DNA of 64,000 nucleotides, taken from positions 64,001 to 128,000 of IMG/VR virus record IMGVR_UViG_3300014204_000116, one strand, 5' to 3'. This document shows, piece after piece, positions 17,870 to 28,600 of this stretch (position 1 is the first letter of the stretch; each line of letters opens with the position of its first letter). The notes under the pieces were generated by a model. That model was not told where the DNA came from. It did no database searches and was given only the letters and a program-made list of their open reading frames with translations. The stretch is from a virus. Lineage: Duplodnaviria > Caudoviricetes. Made by a program: the position numbers and the translations under genes.

Positions 17870-20800
17870 ATGAACACGGACACTACCAGGACGGAGAAAC
17901 TCTTGCTTAGCATTGCTGCCGATTTCAAGCGGGGTGCCCAGCCAATGAATCCGGCATGGCTGAGTGAGAATAATGTGGAGTTGAGGGAACTCGAAGCCCT
18001 CGGGAGCAAGCTCGACATTATCATCCGAGGGTGGGCTCTGGCACCAGGTAGAGTCCGGGCTGCGATCCTGGCTTGTGCACTTTCTGATGACAAACAGTCA
18101 GCCGAGTACAAGGCGACCGTGGTGCTGAAGGCAATAGAAGGGATTTGAAATGAGCATAGAAGTGTGGGTGGATACGGAGGATCTGGCCGATGTAATCAAC
18201 GGCAAGAAGACGAAATTTATAGGGCACTGCTACGAGGCGAAGGACCGGTGGTGTGCTCGGTACAAGGTAATATTCGGGATGGACTGGCATGTCCGCGAAG
18301 TCGATGGGGACTGCATCACAATGGAGAAAAACGCATGATCACGCTCGTAAAAGGAATGCTGCGCCAGGAGGCTGCAAAGCTGAAGTTTCCGTGGTGGCTG
18401 GGCCGGGTAGCCCACTGCCCAAATTGCGGCGGGCAATTCAAGTTGGAGAAAAACGACAGCGTCAATGACATGAATCAGCGCGAGGACTTACCGCCCCACG
18501 CCGAGGTTGTGTGCCCAACGGTAGGATGTAGCCACATTATCTGGCTAAGGCGATGACTACCCTCTGCAAAAAATACCTGGAGATCGTCCGTAACTACAAA
18601 ATAGTTGAGCGTGATGCCACTCGGCAGCGATGAAAAAGCCAAAGAAAAGAGTTATGACACCGATGAAAAAGCCAAAGAAAACACTGGAGATCGAGACTAC
18701 GGTGGCAGTTGTAGAAGAGATTGCCGAGGCCACAATGAGTGTACTGACGATTGGCAGCTTTTCGAGCGATCTTTTTAGCTCGAAGACGCGCCGGGTATGG
18801 AGACGTGCAACCACCATGGCTGATCGCTATAAGGACTGCGACGTGGATGTCAATTTTATATTACCTACTTTGGCAAATACGAAAAAGAAGAATTGCACAT
18901 TTACCGTGTCAGCTCCGGTGCGCGAGAAGATTACCCGAGGTTAAACCATGAATCGCGGCCAGGCCAGAAAGTTCGCTTTGGAGTGCAGTACTCCAACCAC
19001 AGAGATCATATACATGGAGACCCCTCATTCTGAATCCCGAGAGATGGGAAAGATCAACTGGCACGTTAAGTGTGGTGACACCTTTACCATCAACGGCATT
19101 ACAGTGCGCGTGAAAGGCCACGGTCCCATTGACTCTCTGCATCAGCGCGCGCTGGTAGGGCCTGCTCCTGCCGATCACGATCCGAACGGGGTGGCACCAC
19201 ATTAATTTAAGTTTTTGATTGCAATTTCACAGGGATCACTTAGGGTAGCAGTTGTAACGGTGGTTAAACCAATAAACCAATGAGTAAAGAGCAGATGTCC
19301 AAGGCCCAAGTCGAATTGCTGCTGGCCATCAGCCACGGCAGGAAATACGTGGCGAGCTGGTATCCGAGTGCAAACAAACTCGTGGCATATGGCTACGCGC
19401 AGTGGGTGGGAAACAAGCTCGAAATAACCGAGGCCGGACTTCAGGCTCTCGCGACAAGACCGGAGGCAAAATGAAAGTAGTAGTCAACGAACATGATCAC
19501 AGTTTTAACATCGTATTGACCGCCGAGTCCATGGCAGACATGTCTTCTATCGTGAGACTCGGAATGAACTCTGTCAAGGCGGTGACGTATAAGCAAGCCA
19601 ATGTCTACCAGGGAGGGGCAGCAACCATGGACATCTCGTTTGACAAGCGTAGAAACGCGGGCTCAATCGTTCCAGTCAAGGGAGTAGTATAGCCCATGCA
19701 AAAGACCATCCATATCACGCACCAGGTAGTCCTCACCTATGACAAGGCCAAGTTCACCAAGGAGTTCATGGCCAACTTCCAGGCGCATTTCTACCCTTTT
19801 ACGACTGTGGATCAGCACCTGAACCACATCGCATATTCCATAGTCAGGGGCACCGTTGCGCATTCGTCGGATTTTCTTGAAGGCTACGGCAAGCTTAGCA
19901 GTTGGGGTATTACGTGGGATCTGGTAACCTTAGAACCGGGAGAATAAAATGGCACGAGTAAAAGCAAAATTTTTCGTCGAGCTGCCCTCCAAGAAGGGCC
20001 AAAAGCAAAAGCAAAAGCGGCGTAAGCCTACTTCCAAGGAAATGGTAGAGGCTGACGACCTGCGGCTAGAGATCGAGTCCAGGCGGCACAGCTTAGAGTG
20101 TGCAAAGCAGGAGCTAGCCCGCGCGGAAGCCCGGTGCGAGCATAATGTCAATTTCGAAAAGGATATGGAAGGATACGTCGTCCGTAGCTGCTATATCTGC
20201 GGGCATCCCAAGGGCATCCTGTAGACATCCTGAATTAAGTTCTAGTAAGTGAATCTGATTATGCTAACGATTGTAGACAAAACTGTCGAACTGTTTCAAG
20301 AGGCCGTGGAGAACAGTGGCAACCATTACCTCTACTTTGAACTCGCCTACACCAAGCAGACCAAATGGATGTGCTGGCTTCAGAACCGGGAGGGCGGCGA
20401 GGATCACAAGTACAATTTCATCCCACCGGGCCAGGCCGATGAACCCGGTGTAGCCTGCGTGCCTATCAAGAACTTTCTCCAGGCATGGAAGAACAACGGA
20501 TGGAAGCCGTATAACCCACCGGCTGTCCACCCCAATACGCCCCATCCGTTCGACGGCAAGTGGGGAGTGGCCGACGCTTCCTCGGAGGAAAAATGAGAGT
20601 ATCATCCGGTGCATGCGAAACTGTAACAATCTAACGGTTTGGAAGCGATGAGAGTTACCCGACTAGTCTTAATCGAACGCGACATCAAGTGCTGCTACAA
20701 AGAGTGTCCTTACATGAAAGTCGAAGGGGCAGAGAGCTTGATGGTGTGCGAACATCCTGAAGCCCCGGAAGTGAATGGTCGCAAAGGACTTATTATCAGT

Positions 20801-21246
20801 CATCCCGACTGTATAATCGGATTTCCCAAGGAGTGTCCACTTGCCAAAATTACACCCACTCGATGGGACAAAAAACCATGAACACACGCACATTCATTAA
20901 GACCGGCCTGACCGCCCTGGCGGCAGCAATCGCGGCCCCGTTTATCGCCAGCAGGATCAAGCCGGTTACCACCGACGAGGTCAAGCGCGCCTTCTCCAAT
21001 CCAATGGGCACGAGGAGTAACCCGGACAAGCGCTGCTTCTACCGATTGGACAGAAACGGGTGCAATCCCCACCGTCAGCCGATTTACTTTCTCGGCAAAG
21101 GCGACCTGTTTGTATTCGCTGATCCTGTCACCAAAGAGTGTTCACGAATCCATATCGTGACGGAGAAGCCACGGCTTGTTGAGGCACCAAAGGGATTTCC
21201 AGAGCCCCTGACCTGGTGCATCTCCTGCAAGCCATACAACGCGTGA
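17870..21246 (+). other. Cluster of ~12 small hypothetical phage genes (17870-18148, 18150-18338, 18335-18556, 18630-18944, 18948-19205, 19280-19474, 19471-19692, 19696-19947, 19949-20224, 20249-20596, 20648-20881, 20878-21246)
   Basis: Tightly packed + strand ORFs with ATGA overlaps, several with CxxC motifs; no recognisable family. Confidence 0.6.
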
Positions 21247-21396
21247 TCCCCAAAGGATGAAGACTATAGGTGAAGCATTCGTCCTGGGCCTGATGATCGG
21301 CATCCTGATCGGCGCACTGTTCACGACCATCTATCTTGTCTGCTATTACAGCCATGGCTATCGCCACGGTATAACACTCACAGAACTACCTAACTT

Positions 21397-22434
21397 ATGA
21401 ACGAATCGGAACTGAACGAATCGGAACTGCACGAATCGGAACTGAACGAATCGGAACTGAACGAATTGGAACTGCGTGGATGGAAACCGGTTGTGTCTGG
21501 CGTCGAGGACAACTGGATGCTTACCGCCACTTTCGCTGAGGACTTTAGACGTGACGGCTTCGAGATCGTTGATTCGCCGTCGTTCGAGAACGATGGCAAT
21601 ATCGTGCACGTGAAGACGTATCCTGTAACGTGTGAGATCGCTGCGATCCCGCCCATGGAGGCCGTGAAGAGCCCCAAAATATACGTGGAAGTTCGAAACT
21701 ACTGCCGGTTCAAAGGCATCACCCACGTCTACCAGGTTGTCATCAGGCGCGAGGTAATCCGTGGATTGGTATCCCCAAGTCTGTATGTCTACGTCCGGGG
21801 GCGCAGGGTTGTTCCCGACGATCAACCGGCATCCACTACAAGCAGGAATCGTGAGAAGGTCGGGGATGCCCGCCTGGGGTTTTATCCCTACTTCATGGAT
21901 GGCCAGCTTAAGTGGCATCCAGAACCCCGCATTGCCGCCGATCTACTGTACACCGAGATGGAGGGCAAGCTAGATGCTAAATCTAGCAAATTCGTTATTT
22001 ACGCGGTTTACGAGGGTGAAAAAATGACACACCGCGTAGGGAAGACCCACGTAATCGACATTAGGGATCGAACCGTGAGGTTCTTTTCCTGGCTGGCAAA
22101 CAGGGCTATGCCTTCTTACAGCGATTATCTCTATGTGACGGGCTTGTCCATCGCTATGCGTGCGACAAGCGACCGCGAAGCAGCAGTTAGTGCACTAATT
22201 CGTAGCTGCCAGACCCAGCTCGAAGAAGCCTTTACACGACTGTCCAGGATGCGGGAAACCAATCCCAGGTGGGAAATGGTGTTCCAGGAGGAGGGCACCA
22301 CGCCTGATAACCCTGACTATACCCCAGTTGTAGCGGGTACGATGACCGTGTTGCCAGACAATACCCTGGCCTACCTGTTCGATGCGGGTGAGCCCCATCC
22401 CGGCGATCCCCGTCTTTCCACCAAAAAGCACTAA
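21397..22434 (+). CDS. Hypothetical protein with N-terminal (NESEL)5 repeat
   Basis: 345-aa ORF beginning MNESELNESELHESELNESELNELEL. Confidence 0.75.
   Translation: MNESELNESELHESELNESELNELELRGWKPVVSGVEDNWMLTATFAEDFRRDGFEIVDSPSFENDGNIVHVKTYPVTCEIAAIPPMEAVKSPKIYVEVRNYCRFKGITHVYQVVIRREVIRGLVSPSLYVYVRGRRVVPDDQPASTTSRNREKVGDARLGFYPYFMDGQLKWHPEPRIAADLLYTEMEGKLDAKSSKFVIYAVYEGEKMTHRVGKTHVIDIRDRTVRFFSWLANRAMPSYSDYLYVTGLSIAMRATSDREAAVSALIRSCQTQLEEAFTRLSRMRETNPRWEMVFQEEGTTPDNPDYTPVVAGTMTVLPDNTLAYLFDAGEPHPGDPRLSTKKH
21400..21474 (+). repeat. 15-bp tandem repeat x5 (aacgaatcggaactg)
   Basis: Five units, two of them with one substitution. Confidence 0.95.
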
Positions 22435-22450
22435 GCATAAATATTCAAGT

Positions 22451-22660
22451 ATGACACAAGACGACCGGCTTACACTATTTTTAGGCCAGCTCGCGGATAG
22501 TAAAGAGCCGTTAGGCTTGACAGCAGGCGAGCGCGGATTTGCAGACGATTGCAGGTTTGCTTTCAATCTCTCCCCAAAGATGAAGAAGTTCGCCCTCAAG
22601 CTGTTCGATAAGTATGGCCGACTTATAGGCTGGAAGAGCCTGGAAGAGCCTCCTCACTAG
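22451..22660 (+). CDS. Small hypothetical protein
   Basis: MTQDDRLTLFLGQL..., fills the gap between neighbouring genes. Confidence 0.5.
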   Translation: MTQDDRLTLFLGQLADSKEPLGLTAGERGFADDCRFAFNLSPKMKKFALKLFDKYGRLIGWKSLEEPPH

Positions 22661-22669
22661 CCTTGTGCT

Positions 22670-22676
22670 GTAGTTA
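22670..22676 (+). promoter_or_regulatory. GTAGTTA element (candidate late promoter)
   Basis: 8 nt before ATG 22685. Confidence 0.6.
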
Positions 22677-22684
22677 CCTACAGC

Positions 22685-25600
22685 ATGAAGTGTCGGATCA
22701 AAGACTGCCACGGTTACGTGGCTCCCCACGCAACTGAGGAGTCGCGCGTACACGATCTTTGCCCGGCTCATTCCGAGGGCCTTTTAATGACGGCGGAGGA
22801 AGTTGTAGACGAAGCTTTAGACCCTGCCGAGTTCGTTAAATCCTTCACAGCAGCCAAGTACAGGGATCAGATCAGGCGTTGGGACAAAGCTTCCACCGTG
22901 GGGGAGGTCATCGAGATATTGCAACATCTCCGCGCGCCAAAACGAACTTATGCAGAAATCAGCATAGCCCTTGCCGAAAAAGTTCTTCCGGTGTTCGAAA
23001 AGGAATTTCCCAAAGATCTTCGCCCCCGGCAGGCAGTAGAGGCTACCAAAGCCTGTCTTAAGGACCAGACGCCAGCAGTTGTTCAAGCGGCGGTTAATGC
23101 CGCTAATGGTGCTAACGATGCTTCTATCGCTTCCACTATGCACGCTGCTGCTTCCAACGCTGCTTCGGCTGCTTCCAACGCTGCTTGGACTGGTGCTGAC
23201 GGTGCTGACGGTGCTGGCGTTGGTGGAGCTATGTGGGCTGCCGTTGATACTGCCAACACTGCTGCTTATGCTATTAACGCGGGCCTTACCAAGCAGCATG
23301 CGTTGAACATCATCCAGGAAATTGGTGAGAAATACTTTTCGTTTTTGGCCCAATGGGTCAGGAATCCCAAGGCTGAAAAGGTAGCGGAAGCCGACGAAAC
23401 TTTAGATCCTGCCAAATTCGTTAAGTCTTACACCACGACTAAATATAAAAATGAGATTGAGCGCTGGAACAAAGTTTCCACCACAGGGGATGCCCTCGCA
23501 ATACTGCAATTTCTCCGCGCTCCGAAGGTAGCTTACACAGAAATTAGCATAACACTAGCGGAAGAAGTTCTTCCGAAGTTCGAAAAGAAGTATCCTAAAG
23601 ATCTCCGCCCTCGGAAAGCTATAGAGGCTGCCAAAGCTTGGACTAAGAGTCAAACGTCAGCAAATGTTCAAGCGGCTACTTTTGCTGCCGATGCTGCTTA
23701 CAACGCTTCCGTCGCTACCTTCGCCAATGCTGCAATGGCCGCTTCTAATGCAGCATTGGCTGCTTCCAATGCTGCTGCTCAGGCTGGCGCTGATACTACT
23801 GAACGGGCTGCTATCAATGCTGCCAATGCCGCTTATAACGCTATTAGTGCAGGTCTTACCAAGCAGCACGCGTTGGGTGTCATTAAGGGAATTGGTGAGA
23901 AATACTTTTCGTTTTTGATTCGAGGCTGGGGTAAGCACACGTCTGAAAAGGTGGCGGAAGCCGACGAAACTTTAGATCCTGCTGAGTTTGTTCAGTCCTT
24001 TACTGTGGCCAAATACAAGGATGAGATTGAGCGTTGGACCAAATCTCCTACTGTGGGGACTCTTATCGGCGTCCTTAAAGCCATCAAAACCTCCAAGGCA
24101 GTCTTTGTCGAGATCGGGATAGCTATTGCCGAAGAGGCTCTCTCGGTGTTCGAAAATAAGCACCCCGGAGATCTCCAAGATCTTCGCCCTCGGAAAGCTT
24201 TGGAAATAGCTAAAGCCTGGCTTAAGGATCAAACGGAAGCTAATGCTCAGGCTGCTCAGCATGTAGCTTATGAGATTTACGACGCTTATGTTGATTATGG
24301 CACTAACGCTGTTGCTTATGCCGCCCAAGCTGCTGCTTATCCTAAAGCTGCGGGCAGCTATGTCACTTATGCTGCTAGTTCCGCTATTAAGGCAGGCATT
24401 CCTTCTCAGCGATTAGTGGATATTATTCGAGAAATAGGGCATAAGCATTTTGGATTCCTACCCCAAGGATCGGGTGAAACAGCAGCAGAGCCAGTTGTAG
24501 ACGAAGCTCTCGATCCTTCCGAGTTTGTTCAGTCCTATACCACAGACAAGTATAAGAAGGAGATCAAGACTTGGAATAAAAATAGTACTCCAGGGAGCCT
24601 CATTGACGTCCTCAAAGCTCTCAAAGCCCCCAAGACAGCCTACGTAGAAATAGGGGTAATTCTTGCAGAAGAAGTTCTTCCGGTGTTCGAAAAGGAGTTC
24701 CCTAAAGATCTCCGCCCTCGGAAAGCTATAGAGGCCACAAGAGCCTGGCTTAAAGACAGTTCATTAGTTGCTGGCGATGTTGCCGCTGGAGCTATTAAGG
24801 CTGCCGATGAAATTGAAGCTTTTAATAAGGGCGACAGTAACTTTAAGGTCTGGAATACTCACGCCAAGGCCACTCATGCTGCTAAAGTGGCTGCCTTTGC
24901 TGCTTGGTCCGCCTTTGCCTCTTCTAACGTAGGCTTGGCAATTTCTAGCGCGCATTACGCCACTATTGATGCCATAGGCGCGGGCCTCACCAGCCAGCAC
25001 GCGATGGATGTCGTTAGGGAAGTTGGCGGGAGATACTTTTCGTTCTTAACTCAAGGATCGAGTAAAAAGGTAACAAAGGCAGTTGTAGACGAAGCTCTAG
25101 ATCCTGCTGAGTTCGTTCAGTCTTATAATCTGGCCAGGCACAGGAAAGAGATCGAGACCTGGGGAAAAGTTTACAGTCCGATGGCTCTTATTAACGTACT
25201 GCACACTCTCAAAGCTCCCCAGGCAGCCTTTGTACAAATTAGTATAGCCCTGGCCGAAGAAGCTCTTCCGAAATTTGAAAAGAAATATCCTAAAGATCTA
25301 CGACCTCGGAAAGCCATAGAAGCGGCTAAAGCCTGGCTTAAGGACGGAACAACGGCCAATGCTGACGCTGCTGAAGCCGCTGGTAAAGAAGCCATGGCGG
25401 CTGTTGCTATGACTAATCGTAGTAGTAGTCCTTACATGGCTTCTCGGGCCGCTGCTCGGGCCGCTGCTCAAGCCGCTTACATCACTTGCGTTTCTCCCAC
25501 TAGCGACCATGTTTACGCTTACGCGGATGCCACTGCCCTACACTCGGGTAAAGCGGGTGTACCCAAGCAACGTGCGATGGATATCATCCGGGAAGTGGGG

Positions 25601-28600
25601 CACGCATATTTTGGGTTCTTAGCCCAGGGATCAAGTAAAAAGGTAGCGGAAGCCGATGAGACTTTGGACTCTGCCGAGTTCGTTAAGTCCTACACTACGA
25701 CTAAGTATCAAAAGGAGATCGAAGCCTGGAATAAGGCTACTACTCCTGATGCTCTTACCAGCGTCCTTAAGTCTCTTAAAGCTCCGAAGGCAGCCCGTGT
25801 AGAAATCAGTGCAGCTCTCGCGGGAGAAGTTCTTTCGGTGTTCGAAAATACATACCCAGGAGATCTCCGCCCTCGGAAAGCAATAAAAGCTGCCAAAGCC
25901 TGGCTCCAGGATAAGACAACAGCCAATGCCCTGCTGGCTGACGCTGCCGCTGACGCTGCCGATGAAGCTGCCTGGACTGCTTACTATGCTGCTTGCGCTG
26001 CCCAAGCTGATGTCGATGATGGCAGGCCTTCTTGTGCCGCTCATGCCGCTTGGGCTGCCTGGAGTGCCGCTCAGACGGCTACATACAACGTTGTTAACGA
26101 TGCCCACGATGCAGCTAATTATGCCTTAAAGGCGGGTCTTTCTAACCAGCGCATAATGGACATCGTCAAGGATATAGGTGAAGGATACTTTTCGTTCTTA
26201 ATCCCAGGCCAGCCCGGTAAAGTAGTCGAAGCTGGTGAAGCTTTAGATCCGTCCGAGTTCGTTAAGTCTTACCATACGAGCAAGTACAAAAATGAGATAA
26301 AGGCCTGGGGCACCGCCACCGCTCCAAACACTCTGATCGACATTCTCGAACGTCTCAAAGCTTCCAAGAATGCCTACACGGCGGTAAGCGCAGCACTCGC
26401 CGAAGAAGTTCTTCCTGCATTCGAGAAGAGATATCCTGCCGATCCTCGGCCTCGACAGGCAGTAGAAGCTGCCAAAGATTGGCTTGAAGGCAAGATAGTA
26501 AATAACGCTAATGCTGCCGCTCGTGCTGCCAGTGCTGCCTCCGATGCTCGGGCCACCGCCTATGATCGTCTCCCTGGCGTCGATAGAGATGCCGATGCCG
26601 CTGCTTACGCTGCTGCTTACGCCGCTGGTTCTACCACTGGTTCTGCCTACGGTGCTTACAACGCTGTTTATTACGCTGTTATGGCAGGCCTCCCCCAGTC
26701 GCGTGCCGTGGTTATTATCAAGGAAGTGGGCGAGAAATACTTTTCGTTCTTAGGTAGGGGTCCAAGTGAAGGCGTGGCTGAAGTGATTGTGACAAATTTG
26801 CTGGATGAAGTCTTAGATCCAGCCGAATTTGTCCGGTCCTATACCACGGCCAAATATCAGAAGGAGATCGCGGAATGGAACAAATCTACCACTCCAGAGG
26901 CTCTTCTCTACGCCCTTAAATCTCTCAAAGCTCCGAGAGAAATTTTTGTAGAAATTTGTCTGGCATTTGCAGAAGAAGCTCTTCCGATATTCGAAAGTAA
27001 GTTCCCTGAGGATCTCCGCCCACGTAAGGCTATAAAAGCCACCAAGGCTTGGCTTAGGAATAGGACAGTGGAAAATGCTCGTAAGGCTGACCGGGCTGCT
27101 TATGCCTCCGACGAGGCTGCCTCGGCTGCTATTAAGGCCTCGGCCTACGCTGCTGTTGCTTCTGCTGCTGCTCATGCTGCTTCTCGCGCGGCTTGGAGTG
27201 TTAATTCTGCACACGATGTTTTTATTGGCTTTGTCGGGAATACTACTTCGGCTGCCACCTGTGCTACTGAAGCAGGCATCTCTAACCAGCGCGCCATGGA
27301 CATCGTTAGGGAAGTAGGCCACAGATACTTTTCGTTTTTAGACCAGGGCTCCACAGAGGGCGTGGCTGAGGCAATCGTAACAAATTTGCTGGATGAGACT
27401 TTAGACCCTGCCGAGTTCGTTAAGTCTTACACCACGACCAAATATCAGGACGAGATCGAGGACTGGAATAGGGCTATTACTCCGAAGGGTCTTATTGACA
27501 CCCTTACAACTATCAGAGTTCCAGGGGCAGTTTTCGTAGAGATTAGCATAGCTCTCGCAGAAAAGACTCTTCCGGCATTCGAAAGGACGCACCCAAAAGA
27601 GCTTAAGCCACGGAAAACTTTGGAAGCAGCTAAAGCTTGGCTTAAAAACAGGACAAGTGCCAATGCCCGTGTTGCTCGTGCTGCTGCTGATGAAGTCGCC
27701 ATTGGCATATCCGCTGCTAACGGTGCTCGGGCTGCCGCGTGGGCGGCTTACGGCGCTGCTTTTCCTGAGTCTGCCTCTCTTTTTACTGCATATGCCGTTG
27801 GTGACGCCGTTCACGGGGGCCTTACCAACGGTCAGGTGATGGACATCGTCAGGGAAATCGGCCATAGATACTTTTCGTTCTTAGCTCGGGGCTCGGGTGA
27901 AACTAATGAAGCCCTGGACCCCTCCGAGTTTGTCCGGTCCTACAACGCGACCAAATACCGCGAAGAAATAATAGACTGGACTAGTACTTCTACCCCAAAG
28001 GGTCTCATCTTTATTCTCAAGACTCTCAATGCTCCCAAAGCAGCCTTTGTCGAGATTGGCATAGCCCTTGCAGAGGAAGCTCTTCCGATATTTGAAAAGG
28101 AGTTCCCCGAGGATCTTCGCCCTCGGAAAGCTTTGGAAATAGCTAAAGCCTGGCTTAAGGATCAAACGGAAGCTAATGCTCAGGCTGCTGCTGATGCGGC
28201 GGCTGCCGCCTCTACGACCTGGTGGTCTTCCGATGCTACTGCCTATGCCCGTAATAATGCTGCTAGTGCTGTCTACGAGGTTCTTTGGATAGTTGGGACT
28301 GATACCACGAGCAGAGTTGTGGCCACTGCTAATGTGGCTTATTATGCCACTAAAGCAGGCCTTCTCCCTCAGCGCGTGTTTGACGTCGTTAGAAAAATCG
28401 GTGAGAAATACTTCTCGTTCTTAGGCCCGGACACGGATGTAAATGTAGTGGAAGCCAGCGAAGCTTTAGATCCTGCTGAGTTTGTCCAGTCCTATACCCT
28501 GGACAAATATAGGGATAAGATTGAAATTTGGAACAAGTCTACTAACGAAAAGGATCTCCTCTATGTCCTTAGGGATATTGGGGCTCCCAAGACAGCCTAC

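Noticed and set aside
18591-18597. GTAGTTA on the - strand
   Set aside because: No start codon at the usual distance and it lies among + strand genes; probably chance.
18628-18681. 21-bp direct repeat cgatgaaaaagccaaagaaaa (x2)
   Set aside because: A simple local duplication of the gene start (MKKPKK twice); no further copies were seen.
21400-21474. Possible CRISPR array
   Set aside because: The units are contiguous 15-mers without spacers, in frame in a CDS; no cas genes are seen.
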